Of a stretch of DNA of 64,000 bases, positions 1-10,534 are shown in pieces. Both the position numbers and the translations under genes were made by a program. The DNA comes from Candidatus Latescibacterota bacterium. Lineage in GTDB: Bacteria > Latescibacterota > UBA2968 > UBA8231. The notes below the pieces were generated by a model. That model was not told where the DNA came from, made no database searches, and saw nothing but the letters and a program-made list of their open reading frames with translations. The stretch's first letter is position 1. Each line of letters opens with the position of its first letter. The DNA lies in the NCBI GenBank assembly GCA_965248355.1, contig OZ252098.1, forward strand, positions 3,872,001 through 3,936,000, in the 5' to 3' direction.

Positions 1-1518
1 GCTGAAGCCGAAATCGCCGCGCCGCTGCTCGGCGCGCACGAGCACCCGGTGGCGCCCGGCCGCCAGCTGGACGGGCACTCGTTCGCAGGGCAGGAAGTGG
101 CGCCGCCGGCCCCGGAAATCGTGGACCCGCCGCCCGTCGATCCACACCGTCAAACCCTCGTCCGACCCGACCCACAGCTCCGCCGGCTCGTCGCGGGGGG
201 CGTCGAACTCGGCGTAGGCGTAGACCACGCAGTGGGAGGGGTTGGAGAAGTGGCGGTCGAGGTCGATCCTGTCGGCGTGGAAGTAGACGGGGCCGGACCA
301 GCCGCCGGCGCCGGCCCGGGGCGTCACCCCCGGACCGAGGCCGGCGTCGGCGCCCGAGGGGATCGGGCCCTTGAGGAGCCAGGTGCGGTTGCCCATGCCG
401 TAGCGGGCGTTCTCGTCCGAGGGATTCTTCTCGAAGCGGCGCACGAGGTCTTCGAGGTCGGCGCGCACCCGGAGGCGGTCGAGGTCGGCCACGCCCAGGC
501 CGCGGCGCTGCCCCAGCTGCAGGAACTCCATGTCGGCGGGATTCAGGCCCATCAGGCGGGCGGCCACGGCGTCGACGGCGAGCAGGTCGGGGCCGGCCAG
601 GATCGTGTTGACGCGCACGGGGACGCCGCCCTGTGAGCGGATCCGTTCCCTCTCCATGCCGACGATTCCGTCGACCACGGCGAAGTCGACGCCGGCCACA
701 GCGGCCAGGTCGACCATGGTCTCGTCGAGGGTCTGCGGCGTGTGCCACAGGCCGGCGCTGCCCGACTCCGGCGGCCAGCCTCTCATCTTCGACCAGCCGT
801 ACTTCAGGCCCGGAGCGATGCCGATCAGGTTCTTCACGGCCACGGTCATGCCCACGGCCCCGGTGATCTTCATCACCGGCACGCTGATAAGGACCTCCGC
901 CTCGCGAACCGTCCGCGGCACCCAGTAGGTCTCGGCCACCAGACCCCCTCCCGGCGGCTCGAGCTCGATGGCGTCGTCGTAATTGAGGTCGACGATGCGC
1001 AGGTCGGCGCCGGCCAGGTCGGGGTCGAGGAGCAGGGCGCGGTACCCGGCCGCCTCGAAACCGTCGCCAACCTCCACGCGGTCGAGCTGCTCGATCAGGT
1101 CGGTGCGCTCGGGCGGTATCCAGACGCCGCCCTCGGCGATCGTCAGCCGGGCCTTGGGAGCCCACTCGTGGACCGCCTCGAGGAGCGCCTTGACCACCCG
1201 CCAGTCGGTGATGTCGCCCTGCACGTGCTCGACGTGGACGATGTTGACCTTGCAGACCACGTCGACAACGCCATCGGGCCCCGGCTTGGCGGCCCGAACC
1301 AGCTCGCGCAGCCCCGCTTGCTCCACGGCGCTGCGCACCAGGGGCCGGATGTGTGCGGCGTAGTCGAGGGGCTGGTCCGCGGGCACCGGCGCCGGCAGCC
1401 CGGCGTCGTCGGAGCGCACCACGGATACCACCGGGCCGGTGGAAGCCCAGGCGGCCGGGGCCATCGCCAGGACCAGGGCCGTGGTCCTGGCGAGGATCCA
1501 GACGGCGGCCGGCCTCAT
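1..1518 (-). CDS. DUF362 domain-containing secreted protein (runs off the left edge of the window)
   Basis: Not in the ORF track; translated by hand from ATG 1518, which overlaps the upstream stop (ATGA). MRPAAVWILARTTALVLAMAPAAWA signal-like N-terminus, then VVCKVNIV...ITDWRVVKALL...TIAEGG...ISVPVMKITGAVGMTVAVKNLIG...FAVVDGIVGME, matching the DUF362 pattern. Confidence 0.8.
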   Translation of the reverse strand, partial: MRPAAVWILARTTALVLAMAPAAWASTGPVVSVVRSDDAGLPAPVPADQPLDYAAHIRPLVRSAVEQAGLRELVRAAKPGPDGVVDVVCKVNIVHVEHVQGDITDWRVVKALLEAVHEWAPKARLTIAEGGVWIPPERTDLIEQLDRVEVGDGFEAAGYRALLLDPDLAGADLRIVDLNYDDAIELEPPGGGLVAETYWVPRTVREAEVLISVPVMKITGAVGMTVAVKNLIGIAPGLKYGWSKMRGWPPESGSAGLWHTPQTLDETMVDLAAVAGVDFAVVDGIVGMERERIRSQGGVPVRVNTILAGPDLLAVDAVAARLMGLNPADMEFLQLGQRRGLGVADLDRLRVRADLEDLVRRFEKNPSDENARYGMGNRTWLLKGPIPSGADAGLGPGVTPRAGAGGWSGPVYFHADRIDLDRHFSNPSHCVVYAYAEFDAPRDEPAELWVGSDEGLTVWIDGRRVHDFRGRRRHFLPCERVPVQLAAGRHRVLVRAEQRRGDFGFS

Positions 1519-2252
1519 TCGGCGTCGTAGTCGGTGAGGCCCCGCATCCAGATGTTCCGGAAGCGCGTGGGGTTGCCGTGGTCCTGCAGCCTCAGGGGGC
1601 CTTCCTCGTCGTGGGGCGAGGTGTAGGAGCTGGTGTTGCGGTGGCCCGTGGGTCCCATCGCCTCCTGGCGGTGGTGCAGGAGAAGGCCGTTGTGAAAGAC
1701 GGTCAGGCGCGCCGGCTCCACCAGCCAGCCCTCGTCCCAGCGCGGGGTCTCGAAGATGACGTCGTAGGACTGCCACTCCCCCGGCGGGCGGCAGGCGTTC
1801 ACGAAGGGCGGGAACTGGCCGTAGATGGCGCCGGCGGCGCCGTCGGCGTAGGTGGGGTTGTCGTAGCCGTCGAGGACCTGGATCTCGTAGAGCCCCATGA
1901 GGAAGACGCCGCTGTTGCCGCGCCCCTGGCTGTCGCCGGAGACCTCGGACGGGGTGGCCCACTCCAGGTGCAGCTGGCAGTCCCCGAAGCGCTTCACGGA
2001 CTGCATGTCCCCGGTGCCGGGCACGACCTCCACGAAGCCGTCCTCCACCTTCCAGGCCGCCTCTTCCCCTGGCGCGCGGGCGCTCTCCCACTCGGAGAGA
2101 TCGGTGCCGTCGAAGAGCACCACCGCGTCGGAGGGCGCCCCCCCCGGCTCGGCGCCCGGCATGACGATGCGGGGCTCGGGGCGCCGGCTGTCGTGGACCC
2201 GCCAGGGCTGTCCCGGAATCAGGTCGGTGTCGTCGTATCCTGGGCGTGCCAT
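1515..2252 (-). CDS. DUF1080 / 3-keto-disaccharide hydrolase family protein
   Basis: PSDAVVLFDGTDLSEW, FGDCQLHLEW, GNSGVFLMGLYEIQVLD, GEWQSYDVIF, LRLQDHGNPTRFRNIW. Confidence 0.92.
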   Translation of the reverse strand: MARPGYDDTDLIPGQPWRVHDSRRPEPRIVMPGAEPGGAPSDAVVLFDGTDLSEWESARAPGEEAAWKVEDGFVEVVPGTGDMQSVKRFGDCQLHLEWATPSEVSGDSQGRGNSGVFLMGLYEIQVLDGYDNPTYADGAAGAIYGQFPPFVNACRPPGEWQSYDVIFETPRWDEGWLVEPARLTVFHNGLLLHHRQEAMGPTGHRNTSSYTSPHDEEGPLRLQDHGNPTRFRNIWMRGLTDYDAE

Positions 2253-2261
2253 GATCCTCCT

Positions 2262-3875
2262 TCAGGCCGCCCGGCGCAGCACGCGGCCGGGGCGGTGGTC
2301 GGTGAGTTGGCCGTCGCTCACGGTGGCGACGCCGTTGACGTACACGTGGTCGATCCCCCGCGGGTAGCGGTAGGGATCGTCGAAGTCGGCCCTCTCGCCC
2401 ACGGTCTCGGGGTCGAGGACGACGAGGTCGGCCCAGGCACCTTCGCGCAGCAGTCCCCTTCCGGCGAGGCGGAAGCGCGCCGCGGCGTGCCCGGTGAGCT
2501 TGTGCACCGCCTGCTCCCAGGTGAGGGCGCCCTGCTCGCGGATGAAGCGGCGCAGGAAGTAGGGGAAGGCGCCGTACGACCTCGGGTGGTGCTTGCCCTC
2601 GGCCAGGACGCCCTCAGGAATGAGGGAGAAGCCGTCGGAGATCACGCCGCCGGCCTCGTGGCGGGCGATGTTGAGGAAGTCCTCCTCGCCCACGTCCTCG
2701 GCCAGCATCCAGGGCCGCGCCTCCTCCTCGACGAGGATGTCCAGAACGGCGTCGTGCGGGTCCTGGCCCCGGAGCCGGCCGATCTCGGCGAAGGATCGGC
2801 CCGTCAGGTGGGCGTTGGCCTCACCGGCGCTGCCGAGCCAGATGCGGTCCCAGGCGCCTTGCCTGGCGAGGTTCCGCTTTCGGCTGCCGCCGCTCTCGGC
2901 CCCGTGGGTGAGGGTGTCGGCCTGGATGGCGCGGCGCTGCTCCGGGTCGCGCAGTCTTCGCAGCAGGGCCTCGTCGCCGCCGTCGAGAGACCAGGGCGGC
3001 AGCAGCGACTTCAGGGTCGTGGAGCCGATGGTGTAGGGAATGGCGTCGCAGCTGACGTCGACGCCGCGCTGGCGCAGGGCGTCCATGTCGGCCAGCAGAC
3101 CGGCGGTGGCGCCCAGCATGGGGGATCCCGGCTGCATGTGGGAGACGTGGCCGGCCACGCCGGCGCGCTCGGCCACGGCGGTGACCTCGGCCACGGCCGC
3201 GGCGATGCCCTTCGTCTGGTTGCGGATGTGGCTGGTGTAGATGCCGCCGAAGGGGGCGATGACCTCGCCGAGGGCGACGAGCTCGTCGAGGGGGGCGTAC
3301 GGCCCGGGGGCGTAGGCCAGGCCGCTGGAGAGGCCCACGGCGCCGTCTTCCATGGCGCGGGCGGCCAGCTCCCTCATGCGCGCCATCTCCGCCGGCGTCG
3401 CCTCGCGGTCGTCCCAGCCCATGGCGGCCACGCGCAGGTTCCCGTGGCCTACCAGGGAGGCCACGTTGGTGCCGATGCCCTGGTCCTCCAGGCGGGCGAA
3501 GTAGTCGCCGAAGCCGGTCCAGTCGCACTCGAGGCCGCGGGTCATGGCCGGGTCCAGGGGGCCGTAGTAGGGCTCGTAATCGCGCGTCGGCGCCGCCGAC
3601 ACGCCGCAGTTGCCGACGACCTGGGTGGTGATCCCCTGGGCCAGGGAGGAGGAGGCGCGGCCCTCCAGGAGGAGGGTGAGGTCGGAGTGGGTGTGGATGT
3701 CGATGAAGCCGGGGGCGACGAAGCGCGCGGCGGCATCGACCGTGTCGCGCGCCTGGGTCCCCGCCAGATCTCCGATGGCCGCGACGCGGCCGTCCTGGAC
3801 GGCCACGTCGGCCGGGCGCGCCGGGGCGCCGGTCCCGTCGAGGAGGCGCCCCCCGGTGATGATCAGGTCGTACAC
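2262..3875 (-). CDS. N-acyl-D-amino-acid deacylase (D-aminoacylase, amidohydrolase superfamily)
   Basis: APGFIDIHTHSD, GITTQVVGNCG, GLSSGLAYAPG, YTSHIRN, HPRSYGAFP, ADLVVLDP. Confidence 0.92.
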   Translation of the reverse strand: MYDLIITGGRLLDGTGAPARPADVAVQDGRVAAIGDLAGTQARDTVDAAARFVAPGFIDIHTHSDLTLLLEGRASSSLAQGITTQVVGNCGVSAAPTRDYEPYYGPLDPAMTRGLECDWTGFGDYFARLEDQGIGTNVASLVGHGNLRVAAMGWDDREATPAEMARMRELAARAMEDGAVGLSSGLAYAPGPYAPLDELVALGEVIAPFGGIYTSHIRNQTKGIAAAVAEVTAVAERAGVAGHVSHMQPGSPMLGATAGLLADMDALRQRGVDVSCDAIPYTIGSTTLKSLLPPWSLDGGDEALLRRLRDPEQRRAIQADTLTHGAESGGSRKRNLARQGAWDRIWLGSAGEANAHLTGRSFAEIGRLRGQDPHDAVLDILVEEEARPWMLAEDVGEEDFLNIARHEAGGVISDGFSLIPEGVLAEGKHHPRSYGAFPYFLRRFIREQGALTWEQAVHKLTGHAAARFRLAGRGLLREGAWADLVVLDPETVGERADFDDPYRYPRGIDHVYVNGVATVSDGQLTDHRPGRVLRRAA

Positions 3876-3879
3876 GAAC

Positions 3880-5853
3880 TCAGCGGCGGGTGATCAGGTC
3901 GTCCACCACCGCCGGGTCCGCCAGGGTGCTGGTGTCGCCGATGCTGCCCATGTCGTTCTCGGCGATCTTGCGCAGGATGCGGCGCATGATCTTGCCGGAG
4001 CGGGTCTTCGGCAGCCCCGGGGCCCAGTGGATGACGTCGGGCTGGGCGATGGGGCCGATGACGGAGCGCACCTGCTTCTTCAGCTCGTCCTTCAGCGCGT
4101 CCGTGTACTCCTCCCCCGTGTTCAGGGTCACGTAGGCGTAGATGCCCTGACCCTTCACCTCGTGGGGGAACCCGACCACGGCGGCCTCGGCGACCTGGCT
4201 GTGCAGCACCAGGGCGCTCTCGACCTCGGCGGTGCCCATGCGGTGGCCGGAGACGTTGATGACGTCGTCGACGCGGCCGGTGATCCAGTAGTAGCCGTCC
4301 TCGTCGCGCCGGCAGCCGTCGCCGGTGAAGTAGTAGCCTTTGTACTGCTGGAAGTAGGTCTCCTCGAAACGCTTGTGATCGCCGTACAAGGTCCGCATCT
4401 GGCCCGGCCAGGGAGCCTTGATGGCGAGCACCCCGGAGACTCCGTCACCATCGAGGGGGGTGCCCTTCTCCGGGTCGAGGACCACGGGCTCGATGCCGAA
4501 GAACGGGAAGGTCGCCGACCCCGGCTTGAGGCTCGTCGCGCCCGGCAGCGGCGTGATCAGGATGCCGCCGGTCTCCGTCTGCCACCAGGTGTCGACGATG
4601 GGGCAGCGCTCCTTGCCGGCGTTGCGGTGGTACCAGCGCCAGGCCTCGGGGTTGATGGGCTCGCCCACGGTGCCCAGCAGGCGCAGGGAGGGCATCTCGT
4701 ACTTGGCCGGCCACTCCTCGCCGGCGGCGGCGATGGCGCGGATGGCGGTGGGCGCCGTGTAGAACTGGTTGACCCCCCACTTCTCGACGATCTGCCAGTA
4801 ACGGTCGGGGTTCGGCCAGGTGGGGATGCCCTCGAACATCATCGTCGTGGCGCCGTTGGCCAGGGGTCCGTAGATGATGTAGGAGTGACCGGTGACCCAG
4901 CCGATGTCGGCGGCGCAGAAGTAGATGTCGCCGTCGTGGTAGTCGAAGATCAGCTTGTGGGTGACGGCGGTGTAGACCATGTAGCCGCCGACGTTGTGCT
5001 GCACGCCCTTGGGCTTGCCGGTGGAGCCGGAGGTATAGAGGATGTAGAGCGGGTCCTCGGCCTCCATCGCCTCGCAGGGACATTCCGCCGGGGCCCCGGC
5101 CATCACCTCGTGCCACCAGTCGTCGCGGCCGGCCTTCATCTCCACGGCGAACTCGCCCTCGGCCTTGACGCGCTCCACCACGATGCAGCTGGTCACCGGC
5201 TGGCCCATCTGCCTCTCGGCCGCCTCCATGGCCTCGTCGGCGTTCGGCTTGAGCAGGATCGGCTTGTCGCCCCGGTGGGTGCCGTTGCAGGTGATCAGCA
5301 CCGTGCAGCTGGAGTCGGCGATGCGGTCGGCCAGGGAGTCGGCCGAGAACCCGCCGAAGACGATGGAGTGGACGGCGCCGATGCGGGCGCAGGCGAGCAT
5401 GGCCACGGCCAGCTCGGGGATCATGGGCATGTAGATGGAGACGCGGTCGCCCTTCTTCACGCCCTTCGACTTTAGGACGTTGGCGAACCGGCAGACCTGC
5501 TCGTGCAGCTCGCGGTAGCTGAGGGTGGCGTCCTCGTCGGGCCGGTTGCCCTCCCAGATGATGGCCGTCTGGTCGCCGCGGCCCTCCAGGTGCCGGTCGA
5601 GGCAGTTGTGGACGATGTTCGTCCGGCCGCCGTCGAACCAGCGGATGGAGACCGGGCCCTGGTCCATGTCGTAGTTGTAGTCACGGACCGTGTGCCACCT
5701 CTCGTACCAGTGGAACTCCTCCGCCTGCGCCGCCCACCAGGCCTCGGGGTCGGCGATCGAGCGCCGGTACTCGTCGAGGTAGGCCTGGTGGCTGCCGACG
5801 TGGCCGCGGGTGCTGGCGGCGGCGGGGGGCGGATAGAGTTGGTCGTCGGTCAT
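3880..5853 (-). CDS. acs: acetate--CoA ligase (acetyl-CoA synthetase)
   Basis: Start reset to ATG 5853 (MTDDQLYPP); [52 protein letters not shown]. Confidence 0.96.
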   Translation of the reverse strand: MTDDQLYPPPAAASTRGHVGSHQAYLDEYRRSIADPEAWWAAQAEEFHWYERWHTVRDYNYDMDQGPVSIRWFDGGRTNIVHNCLDRHLEGRGDQTAIIWEGNRPDEDATLSYRELHEQVCRFANVLKSKGVKKGDRVSIYMPMIPELAVAMLACARIGAVHSIVFGGFSADSLADRIADSSCTVLITCNGTHRGDKPILLKPNADEAMEAAERQMGQPVTSCIVVERVKAEGEFAVEMKAGRDDWWHEVMAGAPAECPCEAMEAEDPLYILYTSGSTGKPKGVQHNVGGYMVYTAVTHKLIFDYHDGDIYFCAADIGWVTGHSYIIYGPLANGATTMMFEGIPTWPNPDRYWQIVEKWGVNQFYTAPTAIRAIAAAGEEWPAKYEMPSLRLLGTVGEPINPEAWRWYHRNAGKERCPIVDTWWQTETGGILITPLPGATSLKPGSATFPFFGIEPVVLDPEKGTPLDGDGVSGVLAIKAPWPGQMRTLYGDHKRFEETYFQQYKGYYFTGDGCRRDEDGYYWITGRVDDVINVSGHRMGTAEVESALVLHSQVAEAAVVGFPHEVKGQGIYAYVTLNTGEEYTDALKDELKKQVRSVIGPIAQPDVIHWAPGLPKTRSGKIMRRILRKIAENDMGSIGDTSTLADPAVVDDLITRR

Positions 5854-5917
5854 GGGGAGATGACTCCTTGTATGGTCGTTCCCGGTGCAGCCGGGGTAAT
5901 ATCCGCAGACCCCGACC

Positions 5918-6196
5918 TCAGGAAAAGAGGCGCCGGCGCAGCCACATGAGGCCCACCAGGGTCTTGGCGTCGGCGATCCGCCCGGCGTCGATGGCGCGCC
6001 AGACCTCGTCCTCCGGCCATTCCAGGACCTCGATGCTCTCGCCCTCCTCCTCGAGTCCGCCGCCGGGGCCCCGGCTGACCGGCGCGTAGTAGAGGAAGAT
6101 GAGTTCCGAGGACCCGCCCGGGGTGAGGTAGAAGGTGCCGATGGGCTCGAGGCGGTCGAGCAGGGTTCGCCGGCCGTGGATCTCGACGCGCCCCAT
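5918..6196 (-). pseudogene. C-terminal half of a NudF/NudK-like NUDIX hydrolase (Nudix box missing)
   Basis: [30 protein letters not shown] and [10 protein letters not shown] match the NudF/NudK C-terminus; no GX5EX7REUXEE box; moeA stops 5 nt upstream, leaving no room for the N-terminal half. Confidence 0.7.
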
Positions 6197-6200
6197 CCCC

Positions 6201-7427
6201 TCAGGCGATGTCGCCGATGATCTGCACGGTCACGGGCCCGCCCGCGGCGACGGCCTGGTCCGGGTCGAGGACGACGATGCCGTTGGCCCCGAGCATGGAG
6301 GTGAGGATGTGGGAGCCCTGGGCCCGGTGGGAGGTGTTGGCCGTCAGACGGCCGTCGCCGTCGAGGCGCAGCCGCGCGCGCAGGAAGTTGCGGCGGTCGC
6401 CGTCGTTGGCCACGTCGTGCTCCATGCGGGCCCTGCTCTCCGGCAGCGGCCACTGGTCCCGCGGATAGCCGGCGGCCTTGCGCACCGCGGGGCCCACGAA
6501 CTGCAGGAACGACATCAGGCTCGACACGGGGTTGCCGGGCAGGCCGAAGTAGGGCCGGCCCTTCAGCATGCAGAAGAACAGGGGCTTGCCCGGCTTCATG
6601 GCCACGCGCCAGAGCACCTCCTCGGCCCCGAGGTCGTCGAGGACCTTCTTGACGTAGTCGTACTCGCCCACGGAAACGCCGCCGGAGGAGACCACGAAGT
6701 CGCAGGTGAGGGCGGTCTCCACCGAGGCGCGGATGGCGGCCTCGTCGTCGGCCACCGTGGGCAGCAGCACCGGCTCGGCCCCGCAGGCGCGGGCCACGGC
6801 GCCGAGGGCGGGGGTGTTGCTGTTGACGATCTGTCCGGGCCCGCGGGCCTCGTCGATCTCGACCAGCTCGTCGCCGGAGGAGAGCACGCCCACCGTGGGC
6901 CTGCGGCCGACGGGGACGAAGCTGCGCTGCACCGCCGCGAGGACGCCCACCTCCCCGGCGCCGAGCTCGGTGCCGGCGGGGATCAGGGGCTCGCCCTCGC
7001 GCATGTCCTCGCCGCGGCGGCGGATGTTGGCGCCCGGCTCGTCCTCCGGCACCAGGATTTCGACGCGGCCGCCGTGATCGCGGGTGTCCTCCACGCGGAT
7101 CACGGTGTCGCAACCGGCTGGGATCGGGGCGCCGGTCATGATGCGGCTCGCCTGCCCCGGCTCCAGCTTCATCTGGGGGACGCGGCCGGCGGGGATGTCC
7201 TCGATCACCGGCAGGGTGACCGGGCTCGCCTCGGTGGCGGCGGCCGTGTCGGCGAAACGGACGGCGAAGCCGTCCATGGCCGAGTTGTCGTGGGGCGGGT
7301 TGTCGTACGGGGCCGCCACGTCGGCGGCCAGCACCCGGCCGAGGGCCTTTGTGAGGGCGACGCGCTCCGGGCCCAGCGGGCGGATGCGCTCCAGGACGGC
7401 GGCGCGCGCCTCCTCGACGGTGAGCAT
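6201..7427 (-). CDS. moeA: molybdopterin molybdotransferase MoeA
   Basis: [58 protein letters not shown]. Confidence 0.96.
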   Translation of the reverse strand: MLTVEEARAAVLERIRPLGPERVALTKALGRVLAADVAAPYDNPPHDNSAMDGFAVRFADTAAATEASPVTLPVIEDIPAGRVPQMKLEPGQASRIMTGAPIPAGCDTVIRVEDTRDHGGRVEILVPEDEPGANIRRRGEDMREGEPLIPAGTELGAGEVGVLAAVQRSFVPVGRRPTVGVLSSGDELVEIDEARGPGQIVNSNTPALGAVARACGAEPVLLPTVADDEAAIRASVETALTCDFVVSSGGVSVGEYDYVKKVLDDLGAEEVLWRVAMKPGKPLFFCMLKGRPYFGLPGNPVSSLMSFLQFVGPAVRKAAGYPRDQWPLPESRARMEHDVANDGDRRNFLRARLRLDGDGRLTANTSHRAQGSHILTSMLGANGIVVLDPDQAVAAGGPVTVQIIGDIA

Positions 7428-7438
7428 GCGGTCGGCCG

Positions 7439-8020
7439 CTAGACGGGCGCCTTGTAGTAGGGGTTCTTTCCGTTGGCGTGGTCGGTGACGTCGTAGATCT
7501 CCTCGATCTCGGGCACCGATTCCTTGATCATCACCTCGATTCCCTGCTTCAGGGTGACGTCGGCCATGCCGCAGCCCTGGCAGCCGCCCTCGAGCTGGAG
7601 GAAGACGGTCTTCTCCTTCAGGTCGATCAAGGAGACGCGGCCTCCGTGGCCGGAGACGGCGGGGTTGATCTTCTCCTCGAGGACGTGCTGAACCCTGTCG
7701 ACGAGAGTGCCGTCGACGCCCTCGGGCAGGCTGCGGGGGCGCTCGATCTTGAAGCCGGAGCCCATCAGGCCCTCGACGAAGTCGACGGTGGCCTCCTGGA
7801 CGTTGCCGCCGCTGGCGGGGTCGACGTACACGTCGAAGCCGTCGAAGGGGATGACCGCGTCCTCGTCGTTCTCCTGCCCTTCGCCGATGAAGGCCATCCG
7901 GTAGTCGACCTTCAGGGGGGAGACGGAGGTGGCGCCGATGCGCAACCCCTTGACGGGATTGGGGCTTTTGTCGATGAGATCGACGATCTTGCTGCGGGCG
8001 AGGTCGGTAATGGTCAACAT
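7439..8020 (-). CDS. nfuA: Fe-S cluster carrier NfuA (degenerate IscA-like domain plus NifU C-terminal domain)
   Basis: LTITDLA N-terminus; [43 protein letters not shown]. Confidence 0.92.
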   Translation of the reverse strand: MLTITDLARSKIVDLIDKSPNPVKGLRIGATSVSPLKVDYRMAFIGEGQENDEDAVIPFDGFDVYVDPASGGNVQEATVDFVEGLMGSGFKIERPRSLPEGVDGTLVDRVQHVLEEKINPAVSGHGGRVSLIDLKEKTVFLQLEGGCQGCGMADVTLKQGIEVMIKESVPEIEEIYDVTDHANGKNPYYKAPV

Positions 8021-8074
8021 GGCCGGGGATTCACCATTCTCGTGTCCTGGGTTTGCTGCACGTGGATGCTTCTG

Positions 8075-8102
8075 AATCTACCTTCATGGAGAGGTTCGTC
8101 AA
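8075..8102 (-). promoter_or_regulatory. putative sigma70 promoter for the nfuA-moeA operon
   Basis: Minus strand TTGACG-16 nt-TAGATT about 55 nt upstream of the nfuA ATG. Confidence 0.4.
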
Positions 8103-8117
8103 CGAAAGGCCCGGGAC

Positions 8118-8333
8118 ATGAGACACAACCTGGAGCAGATCCTCGAAGACTCGCGCTCCCCTGGCGTGGGGTTGCGCAAGCGCGCCGCACGCGAGCTGTG
8201 CCCCTGCGAGCTGAAGGCGGACGTGCTGGCCGTCCTCGAAGGCATGTACGACGATCCCGACCTCAAGCTGCGGCGCAGCGTGCGCCAGCGCCTGGCCAGG
8301 TACCGCCGGTCCGGCCGGATCAACCATCACTAG
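8118..8333 (+). CDS. small HEAT-like repeat protein with CPC motif (possibly internally deleted)
   Basis: RKRAARELCPC and DDPDLKLRRSV; coding-like GC3; only 71 aa. Confidence 0.55.
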   Translation: MRHNLEQILEDSRSPGVGLRKRAARELCPCELKADVLAVLEGMYDDPDLKLRRSVRQRLARYRRSGRINHH

Positions 8334-8401
8334 AAGGGTCGCCGGGAGAAGAGTCCCGGGGCGCCTTGCCCGTCCCCGGCGTCGCGGCTGATCTTTCGCA
8401 C

Positions 8402-9298
8402 ATGAGCGATCTCACCCGACGCACCCTGGGCCGCACGGGCCTGGAGGTCACGCAGCTCGGCTTCGGAGCGGCCGAGCGGGGCCTGCCCGATTCGGCCGAC
8501 CACGACGCCCGGGCCGCCGGCGTGCTGCACGCGGCCCTCGACGCGGGGGTCAACCTCATCGACACGGCCCCCGACTACGGCGCCAGCGAGGAGCGCATCG
8601 GCCGCTGCGTCGGTCACCGCCGGCACGAGTTCTACCTGGCCACCAAGTGCGGCTGCAACATCGACGGGGACGGAAACCGGCTGCAGCCGGGTCACCTGTG
8701 GACCGCCGACCGCCTGCGCGCCAACATCGACCAGAGCCTCCGCCGCCTCGGTACCGACTGCGTGGACCTGCTGCAGATGCACAACCCCTCCGTGGAGGAC
8801 GTCGAGCGGGGAGGGCTGATCGAGGCCCTCGAGGAAATCCGGGCCGCGGGCAAGACCCGGTTCATCGGCGTCTCCTCCACGCATCCGCACCTGGCCGCCT
8901 TCGTCGCCTCGGGCGCCTTCGACGTCTTTCAGATCCCCTATTCCGCCCTCGAGCGCGAGCACGAGGGGATGATGCAGGAGGCGGCCGACGCCGGCGCCGG
9001 GATCCTCGTCCGGGGCGGCATCAGCCTGGGGCACCGGGCCGACGAGAGGCGCCAGGCCACGTGGGAGAAGGCGGGCCTCGAGGAGCTCGCCGGCGGCATG
9101 AGCCGCCACGAGTTCATCCTCCGCTTCACCCTCTCCCACCCGGCGTGCCACACCACGATCGTGGGCACCACCAGCCTCGATCACATGCGGTCGAACCTCG
9201 ACGCCGCCCGGTCCGGCCCCCTGCCCGCCGATCTCTACGCCGAGGCCAGGGCCAGGCTGGCGAGCATCGGCGAGAGCCCCCTCGAAGACCAATCGTGA
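8402..9298 (+). CDS. aldo/keto reductase
   Basis: Start reset to ATG 8402; RRTLGRTGLEVTQLGFG, NLIDTAPDYGASEERIG, YLATKCG, SLRRLGTDCVDLLQMH. Confidence 0.93.
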   Translation: MSDLTRRTLGRTGLEVTQLGFGAAERGLPDSADHDARAAGVLHAALDAGVNLIDTAPDYGASEERIGRCVGHRRHEFYLATKCGCNIDGDGNRLQPGHLWTADRLRANIDQSLRRLGTDCVDLLQMHNPSVEDVERGGLIEALEEIRAAGKTRFIGVSSTHPHLAAFVASGAFDVFQIPYSALEREHEGMMQEAADAGAGILVRGGISLGHRADERRQATWEKAGLEELAGGMSRHEFILRFTLSHPACHTTIVGTTSLDHMRSNLDAARSGPLPADLYAEARARLASIGESPLEDQS

Positions 9299-10374
9299 TC
9301 AACGAGCACGACCCCGGCCGCCGGGCGCAGCTGCAGGCAGCCCTGGAGGCCATGCCGCGGGTCGGCCTGGCGGCCCTGCCGACGCCTTTCGAGCCCTGTC
9401 CCGGCCTGTCGAAGGCGCTGGGGGGCCCGCGGATATGGATCAAGCGCGACGATCTCACGGGGCTGGCCGCCGGCGGCAACAAGACCCGGATGTTCGAGTT
9501 CGTCCTGGGGAAGGCCCTGGAGGAGGGGGTCGATACCGTCGTCGGCGGTGCGGCGGTGCAGTCGAACTACTGCCGCCAGCTGGCCGCCGCCTGCTCCCGC
9601 CTCGGTCTCGAGTGCCACTTGGTGCTGCGCAAGGTGCGCGGCGAGCGCGACCGGGAGGTGCAGGGAGGCCTGCTTCTCGATCTGCTCGTCGGCGCCCGGG
9701 TCGAGCTCGTCGAGGACGAGGGCAGCTGGGAGGAGCTCGGGGTCCGGATCCGGGAGAAAGGGCGGCGACTGACCGCGGAGGGGCGCAAGGTCCTGGTCGC
9801 CCGCGTCGGCGACGAATCGGGGATCGGGCTGTCGGCCGTCGGCTACGTGGCCGCCACCCTCGAGCTGCTCGACCAGGCCGAGGCCGCGCAGGTCCGCATC
9901 GATGAGGTCTGGCTCTGCTCCACCGACTCGACGCAGGCCGGCCTCGCCCTCGCCCTCAAGCACCTGCGGTCCCCGATCCGCCTGGTGGGCCTGCCGGCGC
10001 TGCCGGAACCGGTGACCGCGGGCTGGACCTTCGAGGAGTGCCTGTCCTCGGTGGCCACCGAGTGCGGGGCCCTCCTCGGCCTGGAGACGGCCGTGGAACC
10101 GGCGGAGATCGTCAGCAAGGTCGACTACGTAGGCCCCGGGTACGCCGTTCTCACCGAGGCTGCGCGGGAAGCCATGCTGATGGCCGGGCGGCACGAGGGC
10201 CTGCTGCTCGATCCGGTGTACACCTCCAAGGCCATGGCGGGACTCATCGATCACGTCCGGCGGGGCCTCATCCCGGCCGGGCGGAACGTCGTCTTCCTGC
10301 ACACGGGCGGCCTCCCCGCCCTCTTCGCCTACGCCGATTCCCTCGCTCTCGACGAGGCCCTGGACTCAGGCTGA
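9295..10374 (+). CDS. D-cysteine desulfhydrase / ACC deaminase family PLP enzyme
   Basis: GTG start overlapping the upstream stop; IWIKRDDLTGLAAGGNKTR, QSNYCRQLAAA, EGLLLDPVYTSKAM, FLHTGG. Confidence 0.9.
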   Translation: MINEHDPGRRAQLQAALEAMPRVGLAALPTPFEPCPGLSKALGGPRIWIKRDDLTGLAAGGNKTRMFEFVLGKALEEGVDTVVGGAAVQSNYCRQLAAACSRLGLECHLVLRKVRGERDREVQGGLLLDLLVGARVELVEDEGSWEELGVRIREKGRRLTAEGRKVLVARVGDESGIGLSAVGYVAATLELLDQAEAAQVRIDEVWLCSTDSTQAGLALALKHLRSPIRLVGLPALPEPVTAGWTFEECLSSVATECGALLGLETAVEPAEIVSKVDYVGPGYAVLTEAAREAMLMAGRHEGLLLDPVYTSKAMAGLIDHVRRGLIPAGRNVVFLHTGGLPALFAYADSLALDEALDSG

Positions 10375-10534
10375 TTCCGGCCCCCGATCCACCGTCGGCG
10401 GCCCTTTCGGAGAGGCGGGTTTTCTGGTGGCCGCCGGAGCGGGACCGTAACTTGTCGAAGATCCCCAGTTGGCCCAGGGTGCGCGGAGCAGACAGCACCT
10501 GATTTGACCATACCCCTACATCGAGGAGGATACC

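Noticed and set aside
1353..5475. Long antisense and alternative-frame ORFs (for example 1353-3893, 3610-5475, also 13783-15945, 17003-19270)
   Set aside because: Shadow ORFs expected from high GC3 opposite genuine genes; no recognisable motifs.
5854..7113. 1077-aa Acs with a long N-terminal extension
   Set aside because: The extension is an Arg-rich alternative frame over moeA and the NUDIX relic; the real start is ATG 5853.
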